Below are positions 50,290-59,696 of a DNA stretch of 64,000 nt, in pieces. Each line of letters starts with the position of its first letter. Positions within the stretch are counted from its first letter, which is position 1. The DNA comes from an uncultured bacterium (GTDB taxonomy: Bacteria > Fidelibacterota > Marinisomatia > Marinisomatales > UBA1611). Under the pieces are notes generated by a model that searched no databases, was not told the DNA's origin, and was given only the letters and a program-made list of their open reading frames with translations. The position numbers and the translations under genes are program-made. Location: the NCBI GenBank assembly GCA_943788175.1, contig CALSPG010000001.1, positions 32,001 to 96,000 on the forward strand, read 5' to 3'.

Positions 50290-50906
50290 TGATTTTATTA
50301 AAAACATCTAAAGGTATGACATTAATTGAGATGACCGCGGTTGTTGTAGTTACTAGTATTATTGCTCTGGGAATGACAATGGGTACACAAGGCGTTTTAT
50401 TGCATTATCAATCTGACCATGTCAGACAAGATTTAAGACAATATGGAAGCAATGTAATGCGAGAAGTGGTCAAAGAGTTAAATCTGGCACAAAAAGTCGA
50501 AGTTGATGGTCTCAATGGCTTCTCAAGAATAAAACTATTTAAGTTCTATAATGACCTTACGCCATCGATGGTTATATCCTGCCATCAAACTAATGGAGTT
50601 CAGTTTAATTATGCTGTTCCACTAGATGGGACTCTTAAATTTCCTAATTTTGGAGCATTTAGAGGTAACGGGCAGAGGAGTATCTGGATAAAAGATTTTG
50701 TTGTAAATAGCGAGCCAAGCTCTAGGCCTGGTTTAACAGCCTTTAAACAGTCCTATTTACACCTTGAGTTAACCTTATCAATGGATCAAGACGTATTCAC
50801 TAATGGTCAAACTACCTCCGAGGATCATTATTTTCACAGAGGAGTATTTTTAGGGCAATCCTTTATTATGAAAAAACTTACAAATGACCAGTCTCAGATT
50901 TCATAA
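50289..50906 (+). CDS. Minor pilin, PilW-like
   Basis: SKG|MTLIEMTAVVVV prepilin signal; start overlaps the upstream stop. Confidence 0.75.
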   Translation: MILLKTSKGMTLIEMTAVVVVTSIIALGMTMGTQGVLLHYQSDHVRQDLRQYGSNVMREVVKELNLAQKVEVDGLNGFSRIKLFKFYNDLTPSMVISCHQTNGVQFNYAVPLDGTLKFPNFGAFRGNGQRSIWIKDFVVNSEPSSRPGLTAFKQSYLHLELTLSMDQDVFTNGQTTSEDHYFHRGVFLGQSFIMKKLTNDQSQIS

Positions 50907-53127
50907 TAAGGGGAGTGCTGCTCCATTAGCAATGTTGTTTACTTTGGTGAGCATGACCTTTACTGCTGCGTACCTTAAAAGTTCATTTAATTTATCTGTT
51001 TTGGAAGAGTATCGATATGCTGAACACCGGGCTTTGTACGCTGCTGAAGCAGGCTTGAATGAGGTTGGTGTTGTTATCTTGCCTCAATTGGTTACTGAGG
51101 ACACATTGTTATACCCCGAAGGAAAAAATTATGGTAAAAATGAATATGGCTCTCCTATTGGTAAATATAAAAACATTTATGCTCGAACAGAATTAGAGCA
51201 AAATTCAACCAGAAAATTATATTATGTCTACTCAACTGGTGAAGCGACTCCAATTACTAGTTTTGGGGATAAAGTAGATCCCATTGAGCGTACAGTATTT
51301 ATGACAATGCAAGCCCAAGGCTTTGAAGATTTTATGTATTTTACGAATGAAGAAAAGCCTATCGGGCCTGGAAATACAGGGACCGTGAACTTCGGTACCA
51401 ATGATCAACTTGAGGGTAGGGTTCATACAAATGGAGATATGGTCTTTAGTAGTTATGGTTGTCCTGAATTCTCAGGCTCCGTTACAATCACGAACGAAGC
51501 AGTCGATAATGGTGGCGGCATAGGTTCGTGGGGCGCCTGCGATGAAGGTGTCTTTGAGCAAAATATTGATGGTGAATCTGTTAATATACTTGATACTATA
51601 GCCACAATAACATTTCCGCCTGAAAACTCTGCTCAACTAGTTAGAGCAAATGCTGACTATGTGTTTGATGCTGATAATATGCTTTTTCGAACAGGTAAAA
51701 AAGATACTTTGGTAATGACAGAAATTAATTTTACTCCAAGTGGTTTTTGGGCGTCTCAATGGTGGTACAATATTCCACCTATTGGTGGCCCGCCAAATGA
51801 GTTTGATTATATTTGGGACGGATTAAGTCCAGCATTAAATGTGAATGTTTCTAGCGTTCATTTTGGTCCAGATAACGCCTTTATACCAGGAGTTGGTTAT
51901 GAAGGTACTTTCATCATCCTTAGTGCGTTGGATGTGTCTGGAGAAAATATTAGAGCAACACTCATTGGTTCCATTAGCGCTGGTGATGTTTTGAGATTGG
52001 CAAATCTAGATATTTCTAAATCTGTTTCATTTGCAGTGATAAACGACCCAATACCAATTGGTGAAGATCGTGTAATGATTCAAATAAATTCCGAATCGAT
52101 TAACTTTGTTTCTGCCTCAGAGGAGGGTTTTACTGATGGAGAAGCCATAACGTTAGTGAATACGAGTGCTTCCACAGGTTTAGCTGAAGATGTTGAATGG
52201 AACGATTTTAAATATTACCATGATCATGAAGATGATGGTTCAGAGTATTGTCCTCCTGGTGGAAGGCATCATTTTGATTTCGATTATTGGAACGCAGGCG
52301 GTTTAAGTGGTTTGAATTGCGATATCTTCTCTTGCCCTGATCAAATCTACAATAGTGATTATGTTTATATGCAGAGACTGTTTTACCCCTATTCTGGCCC
52401 ATCAGTTATCTATGTTAAAGGTGGTCAAGTATTAGTCAGGGGGCAGGTAGGAGGGCAGTATACTGTTGTTACGGATGATTATACAGAATATAGGCGACAT
52501 GACGATCAAAGTATTGTAGATCGGGTGTGGGGCAATATCTGGCTTATCGATGATTTAGTTTATGCTGATTCATATGCCAATGGAGCTATCGTTCATCCAG
52601 ATGAAGGGGGTACTCAAAATGTTATTGGTCTAGTTGCTGGCGGCAGTGTAATCGTGGCAAACACTCGACCTAATGGTGCCCGAGGGCAGCTTTATGATTC
52701 TGATATAAAAATTAATGCCTCAATAATGGCACTTTATGGTGGATTCATTTCTCATTATTGGCAAAATACTCTTACGGCATATCATGATTGGAATGATAAT
52801 TTGTCGTATGGTTATATTGCTGACGGCAGAGGGGGTCATAGAAATAATTTTAGATCTCAAGAAAATAATGGTCTTTATACTAACACGAATGATAAACGCG
52901 GGGTTATCCACCTATGGGGTTCTATTGTGCAGCAAAAAAGAGGCTATTTGCTAAGAAATTACCCAGGACCTTACAATGTATCTCCTGGTGTAGGTTATGA
53001 TAAGAATTTTCATTACGATTGGAATTTGCGCATGAATCCTCCTCCTTATTATCCAGACCAGGTTGATGTAAATAATAACGTAATTCTCAAGATGGCATCC
53101 TATGGTGAGCTGAGCGATGATAGTTAA
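50884..53127 (+). CDS. Large PilX-like minor pilin (747 aa)
   Basis: NKG|SAAPLAMLF without E5, RALYAAEAGL PilX-type N-terminal motif, large C-terminal domain ending GYDKNFHYD..PPPYYP. Confidence 0.72.
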   Translation: MTSLRFHNKGSAAPLAMLFTLVSMTFTAAYLKSSFNLSVLEEYRYAEHRALYAAEAGLNEVGVVILPQLVTEDTLLYPEGKNYGKNEYGSPIGKYKNIYARTELEQNSTRKLYYVYSTGEATPITSFGDKVDPIERTVFMTMQAQGFEDFMYFTNEEKPIGPGNTGTVNFGTNDQLEGRVHTNGDMVFSSYGCPEFSGSVTITNEAVDNGGGIGSWGACDEGVFEQNIDGESVNILDTIATITFPPENSAQLVRANADYVFDADNMLFRTGKKDTLVMTEINFTPSGFWASQWWYNIPPIGGPPNEFDYIWDGLSPALNVNVSSVHFGPDNAFIPGVGYEGTFIILSALDVSGENIRATLIGSISAGDVLRLANLDISKSVSFAVINDPIPIGEDRVMIQINSESINFVSASEEGFTDGEAITLVNTSASTGLAEDVEWNDFKYYHDHEDDGSEYCPPGGRHHFDFDYWNAGGLSGLNCDIFSCPDQIYNSDYVYMQRLFYPYSGPSVIYVKGGQVLVRGQVGGQYTVVTDDYTEYRRHDDQSIVDRVWGNIWLIDDLVYADSYANGAIVHPDEGGTQNVIGLVAGGSVIVANTRPNGARGQLYDSDIKINASIMALYGGFISHYWQNTLTAYHDWNDNLSYGYIADGRGGHRNNFRSQENNGLYTNTNDKRGVIHLWGSIVQQKRGYLLRNYPGPYNVSPGVGYDKNFHYDWNLRMNPPPYYPDQVDVNNNVILKMASYGELSDDS

Positions 53128-53148
53128 TAGATTGAAAGGAGACGGCTG

Positions 53149-54201
53149 GTGTTTGTTGGATTAGATATTGGAAGACAATATATCAAAATTGTTGCAATGA
53201 ATAAGACCAAAGACGGTTATAAATTATTAGATGCTGGTCAAAGACTAGTGCCTGAACCTAATCAAGCTTTTGATCCAGATAAAATTGATACTCATCACTG
53301 GGTTATGGCTATAAAAGAATTGCTAAAGCAGCAAAATTTGAATTCAAAAAAAATTAAATTAATTGCAACAGGTGTGAGTGGTGCATCTGCAAGTGTTAAA
53401 CAAATCACTACAATGGAAATGCCTGCAGAAGAGTTGGAATCTGCGATGACGTTTGAAGCAAGAAAGCACATTCCTATGGACGGAACGGATGCAGTAATTG
53501 ATTATCAAATTTTAGGTTCAAATGAAAAAGAAGTTGATAAAATAGATGTAAGTCTCGTTGCATGTACAAAAGGGGTGTTAACCTCTCATATAGATTTGCT
53601 AAAAGAAAGCGGTCTAAAGCCTGGTGTAATAGATGCGGATCCAATCGCAATTACAAATTCATTTACGTATTTAAAAGATATGCCATCTGAAGGCTTAGCC
53701 GTTATCTTAGATATAGGGGCTTTGTCATCGAGTCTAATTGTTTGGGGTAATGGGCAACAATATTTTACGAGGGATTTGCCTGTTGGTGGCCATCAGTTTG
53801 TTAAAGAAATTGTTGATAAAAAAGATATTAGTTACACTGAAGCTCAAGATATTCTTTTCAAAGAGGGTGTTGCTTCAATTATGAAAAATGAAGCAATTGA
53901 AGATCAGTCAACTCTCGGTGTTGCGGAAAGATCGGTTTATGATAATCTAATTGAAGACCTTCGAAGAAGTTTGAGGTTTTATGCTAAGCAAACTGGGCAG
54001 AGTTTTTTCTTGAAAATTTTATTAACTGGAGGAGCGGCCGGAACTCCAGGCTTGGCCGAATTAATCAGCTCTAAACTAAATATAGATTGTGATATTTTGA
54101 ATCCATTTGAAGGTTTAGATGGTGCTGAATCTTTGAACTTTGATAACCCTAGTCAATATGTTCTTGCAATGGGATTATGTATTAGAGCGGGTATGGAATA
54201 A
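53149..54201 (+). CDS. pilM: Type IV pilus assembly protein PilM
   Basis: VGLDIG..IKIV, EARKHIP, IDYQIL, ILDIGA, FTRDLPVGG, RRSLRFY, LTGG, NPF. Confidence 0.92.
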   Translation: MFVGLDIGRQYIKIVAMNKTKDGYKLLDAGQRLVPEPNQAFDPDKIDTHHWVMAIKELLKQQNLNSKKIKLIATGVSGASASVKQITTMEMPAEELESAMTFEARKHIPMDGTDAVIDYQILGSNEKEVDKIDVSLVACTKGVLTSHIDLLKESGLKPGVIDADPIAITNSFTYLKDMPSEGLAVILDIGALSSSLIVWGNGQQYFTRDLPVGGHQFVKEIVDKKDISYTEAQDILFKEGVASIMKNEAIEDQSTLGVAERSVYDNLIEDLRRSLRFYAKQTGQSFFLKILLTGGAAGTPGLAELISSKLNIDCDILNPFEGLDGAESLNFDNPSQYVLAMGLCIRAGME

Positions 54202-54791
54202 TGAAAACCTATATCAAAATTAATCTGAACAAAGCAGAAAGTTCAGAGGTTGTCAAAGAAAGAGTTCTCGAGCGTACTAGGTGGGTTGTTTTTGGAGTTC
54301 TGATATTTAGTTTTTTATTTATTAATATTAGAGTTTTGATGATTGGGTTTGGGTATAACTCCGTAATCAATAAAAAGAAAAATCAAATTGTTCAACTAGA
54401 AAATCAAATTAAGCAGTTGCAATCTAAAGGTAAAAATTTATCCAAGAATGATATTATGTCTTTTGCTGATCTGGAACAGGACAGATTCCTCTGGGCAAGG
54501 AATATGGAATTATTAGGCAAAATGACGCCTGATGATATGGCGATAACTGGAATGAAGTTTAAACGAGATAAATTAACGATTAAAGGCATTGCGTTAACTT
54601 TTGAAGATAGAAAAGATTTCGAAATTATTGATGAATATGTCCAAACATTGAGAAGTAATAAAGAATTTTCGGAGAATTTTTCTCGGATTAAATATGTTGG
54701 GCATCAAAAGGTAAATATTCGAGGACAAAATATTATTCGTTTTGAAGTGATTGCCTCAATCAAAAAAGGTGGTAGTAAGGTATATTCATAA
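54201..54791 (+). CDS. pilN: PilN-like alignment protein
   Basis: IKINL N-terminal motif, one TM, coiled coil, LTIKGIA; follows pilM. Confidence 0.75.
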   Translation: MKTYIKINLNKAESSEVVKERVLERTRWVVFGVLIFSFLFINIRVLMIGFGYNSVINKKKNQIVQLENQIKQLQSKGKNLSKNDIMSFADLEQDRFLWARNMELLGKMTPDDMAITGMKFKRDKLTIKGIALTFEDRKDFEIIDEYVQTLRSNKEFSENFSRIKYVGHQKVNIRGQNIIRFEVIASIKKGGSKVYS

Positions 54792-54792
54792 T

Positions 54793-55362
54793 ATGGCGGA
54801 AAAAAGAAATATCATTTTGTTTGGTGCGATAATTATTTTGACCATTACTTATTGGGCCAGTTCTTCACTTTTTATTGGTGAAAAACCATTAAAAATAAAA
54901 CTCTTAGAACAAGAAGAGACCGAGCTAAATGAAAACCTAATCAGTGCTCAAATACTCGCAAGTAAGCTTGATAGAGTTTACACTCTTTTCCAAGAAAACT
55001 TAGCTTTGTCTCAACAAGACTCATTAGCTGAAGATGCTAGCCTTCCTTTTTTAAATGCTCTAACAGATATATTAGATGATTTAGACATACAACTGTTAGG
55101 TATCAAGCCCAAGGATAGAATAAGTAAAGGGGATTATTATAAATCTCCATATGTTATTACGATTGAGTGTAGTTACGATGAGTTTGGAAAGTTTTTAGCA
55201 GAAATTGAGCGATCGCCTAGATTAATAACTTTGAATGAGTATGAAGTTAAAAATGGTATTGAGAGAGTAAAAACAAATGTTTCAGAAGACGATTTGTCAG
55301 AACAAGTGTTTGAGTTAAATCTTGCGACAATTACATTAGTAAAATCTAGGTCGAAAGGTTAA
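54793..55362 (+). CDS. pilO: PilO-like alignment protein
   Basis: One TM, coiled coil, CSYDEFGKFLAEIERSPRLI. Confidence 0.8.
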   Translation: MAEKRNIILFGAIIILTITYWASSSLFIGEKPLKIKLLEQEETELNENLISAQILASKLDRVYTLFQENLALSQQDSLAEDASLPFLNALTDILDDLDIQLLGIKPKDRISKGDYYKSPYVITIECSYDEFGKFLAEIERSPRLITLNEYEVKNGIERVKTNVSEDDLSEQVFELNLATITLVKSRSKG

Positions 55363-55364
55363 TC

Positions 55365-55904
55365 ATGAGCGAACGATCACTTACTATTTGGAAGCTTTTA
55401 ATAACATTTGCAATTCTTTCGATTGTAGCTGGTGGATTTAGTTTGTATCCAAAAAATAAAAAATATAGGAAAATTATTGCTAAGTCTTCAAGAACTTTTG
55501 GAACAGATAAAGATTTAGAAAATGTTATTGAATATTTAGAAAAACGCTTAGAGCAAAGAGGCTATTATCAGTTTTCATTAGAAAAACAGCCTATGAGACT
55601 TACAAATGTCCTAACCCTAGCTGATGGTAGTGGTCCAAGCAGCAGAAGAAGCCGTAGTGCTTTAAGAATAGCTATGATATATCAGAGCCAAAATAAGTTT
55701 CAGGCCCAATTAAATTATAGAGGGAATATTTATAATGCCACTAGTGGTGAAAACATTCCAAGCCTAGGGAAAGTGGTACATATAGATGAAAAGCAGGTAA
55801 TTATTAAAAGAGAAAATAAAATTTTTTCTTATCCTGCTCCAGGTACTGACAGACAAAATGCTTTAGAAATTAGTGCGGAAGATTTTAAACGAGGTAAGAT
55901 TTAA
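55365..55904 (+). CDS. PilP/GspC-like protein
   Basis: N-terminal TM (no lipobox) and a C-terminal GENI...GKVVHIDEKQVII beta domain. Lies between pilO and the secretin. Confidence 0.55.
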   Translation: MSERSLTIWKLLITFAILSIVAGGFSLYPKNKKYRKIIAKSSRTFGTDKDLENVIEYLEKRLEQRGYYQFSLEKQPMRLTNVLTLADGSGPSSRRSRSALRIAMIYQSQNKFQAQLNYRGNIYNATSGENIPSLGKVVHIDEKQVIIKRENKIFSYPAPGTDRQNALEISAEDFKRGKI

Positions 55905-55910
55905 CGAAAG

Positions 55911-57413
55911 GTGAACAGTAATATGCAGTCCTTAAGAAAATTTATCATTTACACATCATTATCCATTTCGACGATTTTTGGTCAAGACTCGGGTGCTTTA
56001 GATGGAGCCCCAGATCAATCAGAAGAGCTTAATTTGGTTACAGTCCACGCGGAAGATGCTCATTTACCGAGCATTCTTGCAATACTTGCAAAAGAAAGTG
56101 GTTACAATATTGTTACCGACCCCAATGTAAACAGGCAAGAAAAAATATCTATTCATTTAGATGACGTTCCAATAGAACAGGCGATTAATTTAGTCGTTCG
56201 CGCAGTTGGATTGAGTTACGAAGTTGTTGGAAATTCATTTTTAATTGCTGATCCAAAAAAATTAAAGGAAGAGGTAGGGGTTACATCTTATGTAATCGAA
56301 TTAAAATACGCTTCTGCACAAGAAATAAAATCCATGCTGCAAGACATATCTGACCAAATCCAGGTCGATATTTCAGGGAATAAACTTTTGGTAAATGCTT
56401 CTCCTAAAAAAATCGCTGAGATTCAAGAAGTCGTCAAACAGATTGACATTCCTGCTATTCAAATTATGTTGGAAACTCGTTTAATTGAAGTTGCTGCGGA
56501 TAATGAAGAGCAACTTGGCATTGATTGGTCAAGGCTTTCAAAGTTTACGACCATCTTAGCAGAAAATGCGTTAGATGAAGCAACAGGTGGGTCTGTCGTG
56601 CCAGATGACCAGACTATTGGACAAAAGCCAACAACAATGCCTTTTGACCCGCTCAAATCAGACCTGAATGATGGTAGTCAAATTGTACCTAGATACTTTA
56701 GTCGGCAAATGACAGCTTTTGATGTGACTCTAGATATGCTAATGAAAGCAAATCAAGCAGAAGTTTTAGCTGATTCAAGGCTTACGACACTTAACGGTAG
56801 AGAGGCTTCTATTAAGCTCGTTGATATTGTTCCATATATTCTCAGTTCTGGGGGCGTGGGCGGTCAGGTACAAGTTCAGCGAGAAGAAGTCGGTATTAAG
56901 CTAGAGATCAATCCCACTGTAAATACAGATGGTTTTATCACAGTGAAAGTTGAGCCAGAAGTTTCTACAATTTTTGAATTTATTGGTCCTGACAATAATA
57001 TACCTCGAGTTAAAAGTAGAAAATCATCAACTACTATAAGAGTTAAGGATGGTGAAAGTATTATCATTGGTGGTTTGTTAAGTAATGATAGAAAACAAAC
57101 TTTATACAAAGTTCCAATATTGCACAAAATTCCTTGGTTTGGTGAAAAAATATTTACCAGTAAAAACCTTGTCGAAAGGAAAACAGATTTAATTATACAG
57201 ATAACACCAAGGATTGTAGTTGATAACTATACTGGTATTATGAAAACCAATCGAATGAGGTCATTTGAAAAAAATCTACTTGGGAAAAGTGAAGATGGTA
57301 CTGCAAAGAACTCAGACCTTGGTGAGGTCGAATTAGAAAATACGTCTACATACGAAGGAATTTGGAATGACACCTCTTCGTTACCAGAACAAATTGAATC
57401 AGACGAAGAATAA
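55911..57413 (+). CDS. pilQ: Secretin (PilQ/GspD family)
   Basis: IELKYASA, IDIPAIQIMLETRLIEV, LGIDW, LTTLNGREA, GIKLEINPTV, VKDGESIIIGGL, KVPILHKIP, ITPRIV. Confidence 0.9.
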   Translation: MNSNMQSLRKFIIYTSLSISTIFGQDSGALDGAPDQSEELNLVTVHAEDAHLPSILAILAKESGYNIVTDPNVNRQEKISIHLDDVPIEQAINLVVRAVGLSYEVVGNSFLIADPKKLKEEVGVTSYVIELKYASAQEIKSMLQDISDQIQVDISGNKLLVNASPKKIAEIQEVVKQIDIPAIQIMLETRLIEVAADNEEQLGIDWSRLSKFTTILAENALDEATGGSVVPDDQTIGQKPTTMPFDPLKSDLNDGSQIVPRYFSRQMTAFDVTLDMLMKANQAEVLADSRLTTLNGREASIKLVDIVPYILSSGGVGGQVQVQREEVGIKLEINPTVNTDGFITVKVEPEVSTIFEFIGPDNNIPRVKSRKSSTTIRVKDGESIIIGGLLSNDRKQTLYKVPILHKIPWFGEKIFTSKNLVERKTDLIIQITPRIVVDNYTGIMKTNRMRSFEKNLLGKSEDGTAKNSDLGEVELENTSTYEGIWNDTSSLPEQIESDEE

Positions 57414-57425
57414 AAGGAGCCTGAT

Positions 57426-59696
57426 ATGATAATAAATACATTTAAATCTATTTTAGTTAGTTTTTCAATTATTCTAATTTTTTCATCTTTGAGTTGTGAC
57501 GATCGTAAAGTGAGTGCTTCAGTCACAGAAGATGGCTTAACACTTGCTTTTATTGAAGCGCAACCTGTAGCAAGTGGCAGCACCGTTGGCGAAGCAGTTG
57601 TTGGGTATGCTGGTGTCTTTTTAATTGTTGAGCTAAGAGACGCTGATGGAGATCCGGTTAAAGGGGGTGTTATCTCTTTTAGTGCAAAGGCTTTAGAAGG
57701 GTCTTCTTATAAGTCTATCGGCAGTTTTGACGTCAATACAGTAACAACTGGATCTGATGGTTCAGCCTTTGTAACGTATAACGTTAGTAGTGGTAGTGGT
57801 GCTGTTGATAATCCGACTACTCCTATTTTTGAAAACGTTGAGATCACAGCTTATTATGGAGAAAATTTAGAAGCGTCAACTAGGTTTGATGTCTATGGAT
57901 CAAAAGACGATATATGGCCTTATACTTTTACAATGACCGCTCCTAATCCTGAAGAAATAACATTAGCATCAGATACTCCATCTGATATCACATGCAGACT
58001 ATTAAATAAGAACGGTACTCCTGTAAGAAACGTGATTGTTCAAATTGATGCTGGTGAAAAAGGATACATAAAAATTGATGATAATGTTGTGGACTCTGAC
58101 ACAACCAATAATAATGGTGAGATAACATTTAGTTTTCACGATTATGGTGAACAAGAAAATATTGGTATTGCTACAGTTAAAGCGTTGTTTCAACACCCTT
58201 CCATTAGTTCCTCAGTTATCGACTCTTCTACTATCTCTATTGTTACTCAGGTAGGCTTAGTTCAAGAATGTACATATGTAGAAATTGCATCATCAGTGCC
58301 TGATAATATTGTTGTTCGGGATGGTGGAGGAATTGAGTCTACTTCAATAAAGGCTAAACTTTTTGATGATAATGAGAACCTTATCGATGAACCTAGATTA
58401 ATTCGCTTCGTTTTGAATCCAATTATGGAAGGTGCATACTTGGAAGAGCCAGGAGTTACAGATACCAGCGTCTTCACAATTAATGGAATTGCAACAGTTT
58501 CTGTTAATAGTGGCACTGTTCCTGGACCAATTAGGGTGGAAGCTAGTGTAGATTGTGATGAAGATGGAGATTATGAGATTAATGCAAATGCAGTACCTGT
58601 AATTATAGCTTCTGGTGCTCCTTACTACATTGAGCCAGAATATGATCCAAATTCAACAGAGCCGATCGGTGGTGGTTTTTATAAAACCCAATGTGCAGCA
58701 ATAGTTTATGATAAATGGTACAACCCCGTTGAAGATTCAACTTACGTTTATTGGTCAATTGACCCTATTGCGCCTGATACTTTAATTGATGCATTTGTCG
58801 AAGGCATTAGCTTCACCGGCAATGAAAATCTAGATGGTGACGCAAACAAAGGTGTGGCTTACAGCGAACTAGTTTACTCAACAGATGCTATTGGAGATTT
58901 TGGTAGAGTAAAAGCAACAACATTTGGTTCAGATGGTCCTGATGAAGATACAATTGCTGATTCTGTTTCTGCTTTGATAAATGAAGATGTTGGAGATGCA
59001 GCATTGTTTTTTCTTCCTGGTGAATTATCGTTGACTGCCAGTGCTACATATCACGACTTCTCTCTTCCTGCTCCAACAGAGGAAGTAGAGATAACAATCA
59101 CAGCAATTTTGATTGATTTTTATGGTAATCCAGTTGTGAATGCGCCAATATCTTTTGTAGGCACAGGCGTTGAAGCCTGGAGGGAACTTGGCTATGAACT
59201 ATATGAGGATGTTGGAATAAATGGCGTTGCAAATACAGGCGAGGACAACGGCTGCTTTAGTTGGCGCGATTATGGTGCTGATGATAGTTCTCAAACCGCT
59301 GATATGGGTACATTTAACGAAGAACACGATGCTTTTGATACTGATGGTGATGGGAAATTCGATGTTCAGGAGGTTTCAGAACCTTTTAGTGATAATGGTG
59401 TTGATCAAGCTCCAAATACGAATGACCTAGGTGAAGGTAATGGAAAATGGGATGGCTATAGCATGATTAACTGCGAACCTATTGTTAGAACCGACCAAGA
59501 TGGGTATGCAAGAATTATAGCTGTTTTTCCCAGGGAACTGTGTATTTGGCAAGCAACAGATGATGAGACTGGTATTTGTACTTTTGAAGATTTTAGTGCC
59601 TCAATCTCTTCTACTTTATTAATCCCGCAGATTACAACAAGTGATCCGCTAGACATACAATTAGTGCGAACACAAACAACAGTGGGGTGTCCATAA
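57426..59696 (+). CDS. Acidic lipoprotein with invasin/intimin-like Ig domains
   Basis: AAGGAG RBS; lipobox SLSC; repeated DxxGxPV..T...G.A Ig motifs; DxDxDG-type loops. Confidence 0.7.
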   Translation: MIINTFKSILVSFSIILIFSSLSCDDRKVSASVTEDGLTLAFIEAQPVASGSTVGEAVVGYAGVFLIVELRDADGDPVKGGVISFSAKALEGSSYKSIGSFDVNTVTTGSDGSAFVTYNVSSGSGAVDNPTTPIFENVEITAYYGENLEASTRFDVYGSKDDIWPYTFTMTAPNPEEITLASDTPSDITCRLLNKNGTPVRNVIVQIDAGEKGYIKIDDNVVDSDTTNNNGEITFSFHDYGEQENIGIATVKALFQHPSISSSVIDSSTISIVTQVGLVQECTYVEIASSVPDNIVVRDGGGIESTSIKAKLFDDNENLIDEPRLIRFVLNPIMEGAYLEEPGVTDTSVFTINGIATVSVNSGTVPGPIRVEASVDCDEDGDYEINANAVPVIIASGAPYYIEPEYDPNSTEPIGGGFYKTQCAAIVYDKWYNPVEDSTYVYWSIDPIAPDTLIDAFVEGISFTGNENLDGDANKGVAYSELVYSTDAIGDFGRVKATTFGSDGPDEDTIADSVSALINEDVGDAALFFLPGELSLTASATYHDFSLPAPTEEVEITITAILIDFYGNPVVNAPISFVGTGVEAWRELGYELYEDVGINGVANTGEDNGCFSWRDYGADDSSQTADMGTFNEEHDAFDTDGDGKFDVQEVSEPFSDNGVDQAPNTNDLGEGNGKWDGYSMINCEPIVRTDQDGYARIIAVFPRELCIWQATDDETGICTFEDFSASISSTLLIPQITTSDPLDIQLVRTQTTVGCP

